This document shows, piece after piece, positions 13,676-25,700 of a stretch of 64,000 nucleotides of DNA; position 1 is the stretch's first letter, and each line of letters begins with the position of its first letter. Location: the NCBI GenBank assembly GCA_046563655.1, contig CM102283.1, forward strand, positions 9,548,001 through 9,612,000, in the 5' to 3' direction. The notes beneath the pieces are model-generated. The model searched no databases and had not been told where the DNA came from. It saw nothing but the letters and a program-made list of their open reading frames with translations. The translations under genes were made by a program, and so were the position numbers. The stretch comes from Yuukianura sp. NJ FZ-2021 (Eukaryota).

Positions 13676-16600
13676 GTCAGTGACACTTTCTCTCTTCCAG
13701 AGCTTCCTTCCGGAATTTAAAATAAGACTATAAGTACTATAACTCCAAAAGACTAAAAATCCCATTTTCCCGGGTATTTTGAAATGCCGGGTAGTAGAAT
13801 GTTGAGAGGGCATCTACCTGTCTTGCTCAAACAGAAATATCCCAGGAGTTCATTCATCCCGACTGACGCAACCAGAAACGCATCAATAAGCAACTCAAGC
13901 ACCACAAAAAAGCTTTTTGAAAATAATGTTCCTTTTCTAAAATTTTGAACAGAACACAGTGAATTTGAATTTAAAAGACATTTCTGAAAAAAAATTGAAA
14001 GTTGTGTCTTTTGTAGTTTATGGCAGGGTTTATTTTTTTATTGGAGTTTTTGAAATTCCAGAATGTTTGGAAAGAGCGTTGGAGGTCATTCCTCCTGTCT
14101 GCCGGATCGATTCCCGGAAGCAACACACAAAAAAAGTGAAAGTATGGGAACTCATAGACTTAAGTCTTTGTGTTTTAAAAGAAAAACAGCCCGGCGTTTT
14201 GAGTTTTTAAAAAATGACAATTTGAAAATGGAAATTTTTCTTTCCAAATTTTCCCACGGTAAACATAAATTTTGTGCCAAAAGTGAGTGAAGAGAAGAAG
14301 AGAAAGTTTGTGTCGTTGGTTGTGATTGCGTAATAGGTGAGTTCAACGTCCTCATCTCCGCTTCCTTGTTCACTTATTGTAAAAATTAAGTTCAAATCAT
14401 TATCAATGGAAGACAGGGAAGAAGAAACACAGAGTATTGCAATTTATTACGCATACGCACTCACTCCTTGTCTTTTTATGCGCACGCACTAATCCCAAAA
14501 CATCATTCAAATCGTCCCACGCTTTACTCAAGACACGCATCTTCACTATGTCTGCCTTTTCATATTTCCAACCCAGTTTTCTCAAATTAAAATTCTCTTT
14601 AATTTTTCTAACAATTTTTTTTTGAAAAGCAATACATCGACCACCGACCACTTTTCCTATCACCTACCACTTTCCTACCACCGACCACTTGCTAAAATTC
14701 TAAAATGGATGACTTCTATTATTAGTGGATGAGGATGAAGTTAAGCGTTGTGCGAATAAGTTAATGAAAGTTGAATTGAAGATTTGGCTGTGTAAGGTCA
14801 TTTGGCTTGAGTTGAAGGGGGTTCAAGGAAAGACGTTGAGTTTGATTACCTTATTAGTCTTGGTCTATGACCCACTTTACGAAGAGTCAAAGCACTCCAA
14901 CATCAAACATAACATAAGCATAGTTTATTTCACTTTTAATCACAAGTATGCTTCTGCATCCAAACTCTGCCAAAATGACATGCCCTGACATAGAAATTAG
15001 TCCAAGGGTGAGGGACACACTACTCCTCAGAATCAGCAGAATAGTCCACCCCCTCCCTCTCTGCCATTTAGCATTGTATAACTTTTAGTTTTTACATGGA
15101 AACTCATGCATTTACTAAAAATTAGTGAATGTGCCTAAACTTGTGTGACTTTTGATTGCGAGAGGTGACATAGACCTTTTAGCCTTGGCACTACTTACGA
15201 CATACAGCGACCGTCACGATCCTCTTTCCTAGGCTCTACGACATCGTTGAGTAATTGGAATAATTCAATTAAATCACAACTACTATCCTCATTACATAAA
15301 AAAGAGAGGCATCGTGCCCTAGAACTTTAACAATTTTGAAATCAAAAGTTTCAGGCTCATCTTGATCACAAAGTGTGTAGATTTAAAAGAAATTTGAGGT
15401 CAAGAGCACCAAAATTATGGTTCGTTAAGGAACAAAAACTTTTTAATTAGTTGGAGAAAACAGAAAATTGCTTTACAAGGTTTGAGTCAAAATAAAAATT
15501 TTGAATAACCTTGGATTTTCAAACAGTGATTTTTGAAAATTTTGGATTTTCAATATTTTTTCCTTTATTTTTTTTTTATAAGAAAATGTATCAATTCATT
15601 GCCAAACTTTAATTTTTAGTTGAAAATCGTGCTAATTCCGTCAATCACTTGATTTCGTGCAAACTTTTCACTGTCGCAACTGTTTATTTTTCGTTTTTTT
15701 AAAAAAGCTTTTTGACAAATTTTTGAATGGAGTGCTGTTTTGGTTAATTGTGGGGTTGGCACTTCTAAAAGTAGGTCAGCAGTGTAAAAGTTTATGCTGG
15801 ATAAGTGGAAGTGCCATGTAAAGAGAAATCATCTCTGGGCATAGAAAAGTTAGCTGTTAAATTAAAATGCAAAGTGCTGTTCTAGATTTACATTGGGGGT
15901 CGTTTTCCAGAGTGGAGGGAGTAACTATTTTTTGGAGGGAGTAACTATTTGGAATGGCTGAGTTTGCCTTGGAATGGCCTGTATGCGTGTGTGTCCTTGT
16001 GCCAGTGCAGAAGTAGTTCCAAGAGGTGACTGACCAGGTTGAAGGCAAAACGAAAGGGAAAATGCCTCTGTATAGTCTTGGCATACATTCACATAACACC
16101 CTCCTCTTTGTTTTTTTGCTACGATGAAGCATAGGCTTAAGAGATTTGCGCATGTGCAGATTCGCAACTGGCTACATAACTGCATAAGACATAACTGCAA
16201 AAAACGAGTATTTTTGCAAACTGAAAAAAATCGCACAAGAAAAAGTCAAAAGGAAACGGAATTTGTTACGTCTCTGTTTTCTTCTACTTGTTTTATAAAA
16301 ACTTTCATTACGAGGATTCCCAAAAAACATTTCATGAAAATAAAGTTTTGGATTTTTTTTTAGAAATTTCGATGCTAATTTTTATGTTCAGTTTTAAACG
16401 TAGGCGGAACTTCGGCCTTTCCAAATTTGTTTGAGGTCGAACCAAAATAAAACAAAGTCTGAGGCGGGTAAAAACCGAATAAATCCGAAACGCCCGCAAA
16501 TTTTTTCGGAGTGAAGAAAACGTCTATAAATACACATGACATTATTCCAAACCGACAGACAAGAAGCGTCGACATTTCAAAAATACAAAGTAAACTGTGT

Positions 16601-18603
16601 TTTTCGCAATTTTTTTTTGCAAATGGCATCTTGCGAATTTGGACAATGACGATTCACCCACATCCTTCGCTTTTTTTTTTGCAATTTGAGTCGGAAACCG
16701 AACCTCCGCTGGCGCGTTGCTTCCTCGTCCGGGTACAATTTTTTGCAAACCGGCTATAAATTTGCAAATGCCGGTTAGCCAATGAAAAGCTTGAGTGTTT
16801 TTGCACGTTGCAAGAAATTTGCAGAAGAAAGGAGTTAGTTCGGGATTCCCCGACGACCGGCGTCGTTTGACCGACTTTTGAAAAAGAAAAAGTGCATCTC
16901 CGCATCAACATGAGTTTAAGCCTCTCCATCTTCGCTTTGTAAGTGTTAAAAGGGAAAGTAGTTCCGGTGTACTTTTTCAAACAACCAGGTCAGCATCACT
17001 CTTGAGTCACAATTTGCAAATTTTCAACGTTTTTGCAAAGTGTCGAATTTGCAAATCCTCCAAATTCAAGTTAGGAGTGCAAAGTTACCCGGCTTGACCT
17101 TGAGCCTCCGCGTTCCCTAGTTGACCGAATTCCAAAAATAGTTTTTTCCTTCCTGCGCAGTTCAATATCCCACTCACCTTCCGGAAACTTTCCAAATATC
17201 AACACAACAAATACTGTGTCCATACAAACTGAAAATACAAGTACATTTTTAACAACATAATCAACCTTTCGACAATTTCGTAAATTCGGATTAAAAAAAA
17301 GTTTGCAAAAACCAAATCATTCCAATCGTGTAAATTAATTCAGAAATCCACTAGATAACAACTTCCGATTAAACTAACCGTACCTGATTTCTCAAACATA
17401 CACTCTAAAGTTTTTAGAAAAAATTTAAAACGGTGCTAAGAAATGTGAAATTTTCGGAAATTGGAAATTTTGAAAATTGAAATTGACAATGTACTGTCAT
17501 CCTTGGTTTTTGTCGAAATACGAATTTCCATATGACCACAACTTTTACCCATCAGATGTCTACGTGACCCCAAATTTAGAACATTTCTACGACCAAGGTA
17601 CGAAAATTCTAAATTTTCCAATTCTTGATGTTTTTGTTGTTTATTTTGAAATTAGAGAAGCTTCTAGATTGATTTCGGTTTGTGACAACACTGACCCAAA
17701 AAATATTTTCAAAATGGCTTTTCTGGCTATTTTCTCTGGCATAAGAGGTTTCTGTTGCAAGTGGGCTTTGCCAGTGTCATGACCTCAATCGGGGTCATGG
17801 AGAAAACCGACTTTTCATAAACCCAGCAAAAAAACGAGAAAAAAAAGTTAAATTAAGTTCAACTTCCCGCTGAACAAAAAAAATCAGCCCAGTCATGATT
17901 CCAGGTTCTCACGATATGCACGACATTCTATTCCAATCCAAATTCAACACAATTTTAGCGTTTTTCCAAAAAAAAATTTTTTTTTTCAAGAAATCCAAAT
18001 TCTAACACACGTCATGAATTAGCTACTGATGAACTCCATAGAAAAATAACTTTTTGTTTTTACGAAAATGTACAGAAACATAAGTTTAAATCTTTTTGTG
18101 CCAATTCATAATTTTGATCCCGCTTTCTTTTTCTCTCGGTTTTATATTTGTGCAACTTGGATAATTTTTTTTTGATTTCGAATGTTAGGGTAATTGAAAT
18201 TTAGAAAAACAAAGTTTAGCGGTAAATCGTAGTTTGTTTAAAGTTGAAGCAGAAGATGTTTGTGTATCTGTTTTTGGTTTGGACTCATTTAGCAGCTTGT
18301 GTTTCGTATTTTTGCGATGTTCCGTGTGGTTTTGTGTAGTTGAGGAGAGCGTATGAGTCGGCGGGTGGTTGACTATTGAAGTTGACCTACTTGCTGCAGA
18401 GTTGAGTGAACTGAGGAGTGGTGGGTTGAGGATCTGAAGGCTACGAATGCAAATGGAGGGCTTTCCTACCCAATGTGAAAGTGTATGCGACTCTTTATTG
18501 CGAAATAGTGCTGAATGCCAAAAATTCCCTCCTGCTCAAATATGAAAATAGGAAGAAGTAGCCTCGAAACGACTATGGTGGAGGCTATGATCAAAGCCAC
18601 CCG

Positions 18604-18616
18604 AGTTCAATGCACT
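18604..18616 (+). promoter_or_regulatory. hsp27-type EcRE (AGTTCA-a-TGCACT)
   Basis: Matches the Drosophila hsp27 EcRE core GGTTCAATGCACT at 12 of 13 positions. Confidence 0.55.
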
Positions 18617-21600
18617 CCAATGTTGACTTTGACTGGGCTGACCCAATTCCTCCCCACTTCGCCCCCCAACCACCCCCTACTCTAACTTTAACTTTGCCAA
18701 AAGGGGATGACACTTTTATGGGATATGCTAACGTTATTACTTCATAAGCACCCTCACCACAACCGCCAATTTCATGATTTTTTAAAAAGTTCCACTCTTA
18801 AACTCAAAATATCGAAAAACAATACTCATAAATTTATGAAGCTTTTTTGAATTTCAGTCCACCAATTTTAAATTTTGAATAAAAGTTTAGCTCTCAAAAT
18901 TTCCCCTGCCCTTGTGATTAAAAATTCGGAATTTTTTGATTCAAGGAAAAACAGACTCAGGTTGAATTTGAATTTTTTGAATTTGTGGATTTGCAGAAGT
19001 TTTCCAAGAATTTGACGTGAGTTGAGTCACGGAGTTTGTTTATTTTGGATTTTACAATGATTGTTTTCATTTCCGTGTTAGAGATGAAGTTTAATTTGAG
19101 GTTAGTTGCCTAAATTGTAATCTCTTTTGGATGTTAATAAGTGTCGCCTCTAGGAAATGTCAAGGGACGACGAGGAAGTTTACTTGCCTTCGATTGTTCA
19201 TTTTTCAGGAAGTTTTCAATTTTGCCCCCTTCAGTAATCTGATCACAAATCCGCATGAGAGCACACATACAGGAGTCATTGACTTTAGGTTATATCACAC
19301 AATAATCCATACCTCATGAATAATAATTGAGTAACACTTTCACTTTTCATTGTCAATCTGCCCCTCTGTCTGGGGGTGTGGAAGGGGGGTTCAGGTACAA
19401 ACATCCCCCATCAACCAATAACCTCCAAGCATTGGGCTTCGGTCAATGACCCAATCAAACAACGTCCTTCTGCGTCAATTGTATGCGCAATTGCATGAGA
19501 AAAACACAGAGAGAGTTCCCCCTGACCCCCCCCCCCCTTCCCACAAAAGGAAAAAACAAAAGACCAGTTTGGAATTGACCTTTTGGGGGTTGAAGCGTGT
19601 AGGCCTTCTAAGAGTTTGATTGAGCGGGAATAATTATATATTAAAAATAATTATATAAATATAACAAGAATTAGTTAATGGGGGGGGGGGTTCAGTTTGA
19701 GTAAAGGCATAACGACTTGCAAGGGGGGGGGGTAAAAGTGAAAGTTGCAATTTTTGTTAAAGTTCTAGAACTCCTTGGATAATTTCCCATTGTTAAGTGT
19801 CATGATGGGGGGTTCAACGACCCCTTGAAGGGGGATGGTGTGGGGGGTTCGTTGACCCCTTGAAGGGATTATCCAATGGTTCAGTGACTCCTTATGAGTT
19901 TTGTGTGTTACGAGGTTTGTGTGTACAAAAAGGCTCCCTTAACAATAATTTGTTTCATGCGGCTCCCAAAAGGGAAATTTTTACCCCGGAAGTCTTTTTT
20001 CTTCTGTTCTTTTTTCAAATGAAAACTAAAAGTGTCTTTGGCTGATGCATCTTTTTAGCTCCATCATCTTTTGTGCAATTTTTTTTTGCACGAAGTGATC
20101 ACTGATTTCAGAGATTTTGCAATTTGGTATACTGCCGCGCCGCCTGTTTGAAATTTTTTATTCCTAAAAATAATTTCTTGAAATGATTTTTCATGAAAAA
20201 TGAGCTTCAGTCTGATTTTGATTTTGTGAAACTTTCCCAAAATTTAAATTTTCTAATTTTAACTGAGCTGTTAAGTTTAGTTGGTCCTAAAACTGAGTTT
20301 TTTTTTAAATTCTGAACACATGCGCCGCAAAAGTGCAGAAAATGTACAAAAGACTTTCAATTTCCTCATTGTAACTTTTACAGATTTCTAAATGTGTCTG
20401 TTCTATTTTTAAACTTGACTAAAAAGACACACTTTCTTTTCTCTTTTGTAAAGAACTGTGTTTAAAAAGTTCCAAAATTTCACTTCCGAGTTCAAAAAAC
20501 AAAAATTTTCAAATTCAAAATTTCAGCCAATGTCCATTTTTGACCTTTCAAAAAAAAACGAATTTTAGCTTGCGCCGAATGAAAATTTTAATTTTAGAAC
20601 AGCATCTGCTGGACGTGGTTTTTCCAATTTTTTTTTGAATTTTGATTGTTATTCTGAGGGTGCTGTTCTCAGAATATCAATGAAGTGGACATGAGGCTAG
20701 GTTAAGGCAGGGGGGCCCTTAAGTGAACCAAAAAGTGATTAGTTTGACCATGGTCCCTTAAGTGTAACACTGAACCAGACACTTTCTCAGAGAGACCTTG
20801 ATACACTTCTGGACAACTGCCAAGGGCCCCCACATTTACATTTTTTGTCTATTTGTAGCTGAACCGGACTCAGGAGAGATTTTTAGTAGGTCAAAGTTAA
20901 GCCAGGCGGGACTCGAACAGAGGAGCCCTTACAAAGCAGCCCTTAGAAATGTGGAGAGGGCCCTTAACTTTTCATATGTGTTTGGGATGTGGTTGTTTGC
21001 TCACTTTGAACAACAATAATCCTACTCGTGGTCAACACACGCTCGATTAATTCATTAGTATGCAAAGCTACACTCTGCTTTAAATCCAGGACTTTAAGGG
21101 CTCCCCCGCTTTTTGAAGGGTCTCTGCTCAAGGGAGCAGGTGAGGAGCGGACCTTGCTTCTGATTCTTCCCGCTCCAAATTTAGGCCAAACAATTAATAT
21201 TTTCTGGACACACGACTGGACCCCCTCTGGGCCAAGGGGGGCCCTTGACCAATCACTCATTCCTTCCAACTGACCATGTTCAACACCCACACTTTAAGGG
21301 ACAAAAGGGGGTACTTAGGCCTTAACACTCCACAAGGACAGAACAGAAAGTGAGACCCTTCGATTGTTCCGTTTTCAGAAACTGAGAACCTTAATTTTCA
21401 AACACTTTTCAAAAAAAAAGTTTTCCAAAAAGTGACAGTTTCAGTTTGTCACTTGACTTGAGATCAGTATCTTGAGCGTGTTAAGGGCCCCCTTGAGGAC
21501 TTCAAATCATTTCAGATTTTGAACAATAGTTCAAAATTTTGAATTTTTTTTTGAAAGTGACATAACAGTTTTTTGAGAGTGTTGACCAATGAGGATTAAG

Positions 21601-22736
21601 ATTGAAGTCGGTCACGTGAATCATCTTCTTTTGTGTGATTTTTTTAGAAAGTGAGAGTGAGAGAGAAATTAGTGGAGAGTTAAATTAGTAATTGTTGAAG
21701 AAGGTTTTAAAAAGTGGAGGACTAAAGAAAAACCTAATGTAAAGTGTTGTGTTAGGTTAGGTTTAAAGTGCTAAAAAAGTTATGTTTGAAGATGGTTTAG
21801 AGAGAGAGAGTGCCCAAACCTTGCCAATTTCTTGTCTCTTGAGGGCGAATTCCTGCTGAACAGAGAGGGGGGAGTTGTGATTTATTTTTGCACATGTATT
21901 TTTGCAAAGTATATTTTTTGCACATAGACTACGTGTTACGTAGTCCACCACCTCATGCTCGTCAGGGAGGTTCTCTTTTTTGGCAAAGTTTGTTTCTGAC
22001 TTGTTGATAAACACGAACTATTACATTCGGAGACTCACCTGAGTCACTGAGTAACTCAACTTCACAGAGGAAGGACGCGCGTCCAAGGCGCGAAGTTTAC
22101 TAAAAGTGTCCAGTTTCAAAATCTAAGGGTCAATAGTCCCTTGGTATCCTTGGCAACGACCCTTGACTTTCAGTCCAAGGGTACTTCAAGTTCTGGAAGT
22201 GTGCAATTTTGATTTTGGAAAGTTGGGATTGTCGCAATTGGAGAAGTTCCTAAAAACTGTGCCAAATTTTTGTGCAAATTTTTTTTGAGTTGCAAAATTT
22301 GTAACTTCCGGGACGACGCTATTGTTCCGGGAAAGTCTCCGTTAGTTTTTGCAAAAAGGAAACAAAAAACCGCGAACTAAGTGCATCATCAGTCACTCAC
22401 GTTCATTCATCCGACCATACACTTTGTGTTTTAGCCAAAAACTGCATTCCGAAGTTCATTGAAACACGTAGGAGGTTGTTCAAGTTGAAATTTTTGGAAA
22501 TGTTCCGAAGTTTTTGTGTTTTCAAAATTTTAGAAACAAGGAAGAAGTGAAAATGCGGAGAGAGAAAGTGGAATAAACTTTTGAAATTTTGGGAAAGAAA
22601 GTTTTGTGAACTGAAGCACAGACATACAAAAGTGGAGAAAGTGTGAAAATTTCCAAATTTTTTTGGAAAGTGGGAAAGAATTTGCAAACAAATTTTTTTT
22701 TGCCAAAATTTGGCTAAAAAATTTCCATTACGTTCG

Positions 22737-25700
22737 ATGCACATCAAAAAACCAAAAGGCAGTTCAATGCTTTCCGTAATTGAAACGAATGGGAAACATG
22801 AAAACCATGGACATGGACATATGGGGACCAACGGAGGTAAAATTCAAAATTTCGAATTTCAAAATTTCGAATTTCAAAAACCAAAAACTAAATTTTGATG
22901 AGTTGAGAGAAAGTTTTTATGGTTTTCCCCACCACCGCCCCTGTGTCGATCTTGGACTTGAGCGTGTCTGAGCTCACGTCACTAAAAAATTAATTGTTAA
23001 CAATAAAACTTAACACAAAAATTTAACAATTGACAAAGTACGTTTTGTTGAACATTGTTGAAAGTGTGCTCCATTGTTTTAAACTTTTAAAAATTTCCGC
23101 CCGAGTGTCAAATTTCAAAACTGCATTGTGCTTAGTAGGTACAATCATCGAAATTCTTAGAATTTTTACTTGCGTCAAAGTCATTTTTGCGTAGGAACTT
23201 AGATAAAGCTTGGAACTCTGGAAGTTATAAACAACTTTTTCAAAATAGTTAAAAATTTTTCCTAAAAATTTAATTTTCAAAATTTTGATCGTTTTTCAGG
23301 AGTTTTGCACAACAATGGGATGAGTTTGTTTCAAGATTTGAAACTGAAGCGACGGAAAGTCGATTCGCGGGGATCTTCGGATGGCGAATCAATCGGAACA
23401 TCGGATTCGGCAGCCTCCCTGTCTCCAGACGTCCAAGCGCAAGGTGAAATTTCACCTAAAGACAAAGACCGGTAAGATTCGAATTTCAAAATTTCGAAAT
23501 TCAAAGTTCAAAATTTTTGTTTGTACGCTGGAAGTGCAAATTGCATGTCACTGCTCATGAAATATGCTTAACTAGCATGCATGCCCGCCTGCGACTGCCG
23601 TAATCAGCATCACCCCGTCCTCTAAATTTGAAATTTTGAATTTGCCGCTAAATTCCATTCATTCGTTTTTTTGAAACTTCCTTTTCCTTCCTGCATCCAA
23701 GTAGCGTTGTCCTACATTGATTAGCACAATTCTGAGTCAGCAGTTCAAATGTTAACTTTTCAAAAAAAGTGAAAGATAATGGAGGAAACGGAGGCAAAGT
23801 TTGAACATATTTTGTTTACACTGATTCAAATTTAGTATCACTTTTTAAAAAGTTGAGCCACAACTGTACTTGTCTAAAAATTCTTCTTTTGTTTCGAAAC
23901 ATATCAAAACTGATTATGATTTTACAAAGTTTATTTGCATTTCCGCATTTTTTGGGAAAACTGATCAGGTCAGAGTCGCAGATTAGTTTTTATGATTTTA
24001 TAACATCGAAGGTGATGCACTTTCATAATTTAGTGTTAAGGTGTTGAAGTGTCAAGAACTTGTTAAAAAGTGCTAATCAATTGCAATTGTCATCAATTAA
24101 TTAGAAATTTTTCGAAAACGGAAATTTTTTGGCGTATCGTCCACGGACAAGGCCATTTTCGTTGTTTTCGTTAACCTTTAACGTCATTGGCGCCTGATTA
24201 GCGACAAATCGCTTCTTCTCGGAAGGAAATCAGCGATGAGCTTTTGTTTTTCAACAAAACCAGTCATGCATACGTAAGCAGTTTAATTTAGTTTAGTTTA
24301 GATAACTAAAAAAAACTTTGCGGAAACATTCAAATTTTAGTGTTCCAAGATTTTAGTTATTGATTTTTTTTTGTGCTGGGGCACGCTGAGACAGGTAATT
24401 TTTTTGTCCAACTTTCTCTAACATACTCCCCCACTCAATTTGTGTAAAGTGCCGTAAAATTAGACAAATTGGAGTTTTTTTTTTATAAAGTAAGAATATG
24501 CATTGCTCTTGTCAAAATTATGAAAAAAAATTAGTTTTTAAAAACTTTTTTTGAAGTTTATTGGTACGAGGTAACCTTGTGCTGAAAAAATAAGGAATAT
24601 GTCATCACCAATTTTGTATTCCATTGTCATTGTTAGATTGCTGTAAGCAAAAGTTTTAAAAAGTTATTAAAAGTCACGATTTTGGGAATGAAAATTGTGA
24701 ATTTTAGTAAAGTAGGCCATGAGTTCAAGAACCTCCGTCCGTGCCGAAGTGGAGTTAAACTTTACAACTGTGGAACGTCAAACCTACTTTTAGCTTTTCC
24801 GACGAAAAAAAAAATGAAAACGAAAAACTTTTTTTTTCCAGAAACGAAAATGACTTCCGTGGTGTTAATTAGTCAATTTACTTTGTAATTTCAAAAAGAA
24901 AAAAAAATAATAAGTCCTTGCATATTCTTGTCCTTGCTTTTACTGTTTCAAAATTCTTGTGCTTTCACTTTTTTTTCCAGTAAACCAACATGTATGCTTT
25001 CACTCTGTTTTTTTGTCTTGCTGCTTTACCTGTAATAGAAAAAAAAATGGAATCTTGGTTCAATTTTTTTTTCAAATTTTCAAAATTTTGAAAATTTTCC
25101 CTGCATGTTCTTGTCCTTGCTTTTACTGTTTCAAAATTCTTGTGCTTTCACTTGTTTTTTGTCTTGCTTTTCCTGTAAAATGAAGAATTTTTTTTTCAAT
25201 TTTCAAATTTTCAAAATTTTGAAATTTCTTCTCTCTAGCTGTCTAACTCCAGAGGAAATCGGCCCGCCCAATCGACTTGACCCTGCTAAGGGTACCCCGT
25301 TCCCGCCAGACGCCTTAATCTTTATGATCAAGGCTGAACGGGACAGAGTGACTGCAGCCCTTAAGGACCCCCATGTCAAGGTCAACTTTGGTGACCCTTG
25401 TCGGTTGCCCATGAAACAAAACAGTGTCATTCAGTTGACCCCCAACGGCAGAGCAGATTTTGATCGGATTGTGGTCAAATGCGAACCGAAAGATGAAGAC
25501 GGCCCTCAAATTAACGGCTTAAGTCTCACTTGCAAGAGAAGTCGCGAAGGGACGCCAGAAAAAGGGCCCATGAGCATCGATAGCCCTGCGCAGTCGCCTA
25601 GCCAACGGCCACGTCAGAGTCCTGGACGGTCGTCATCGGCTGGAAGTGACAATGAAAGTATTGGATCCCGCAGTAGTTCGTGCAAAAGTGAGAAGAAACT

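Noticed and set aside
16180-17060. Transposase or TE coding region
   Set aside because: Rich in tttgcaaa words and CpG, but no TIR pair, TSD or transposase motif could be identified.
340-22400. Many 60-110 aa ORFs as independent genes
   Set aside because: F/K/L/I-rich translations of AT-rich DNA, many with non-ATG starts, no recognisable domains and no consistent exon chains.
25105-25238. N-terminal 45 aa of the 628-aa ORF as a signal peptide or start of HR4
   Set aside because: It is T-rich duplicated intron sequence ending in an acceptor (ctctctag, 25238). The true frame arrives from exon 23300-23471.
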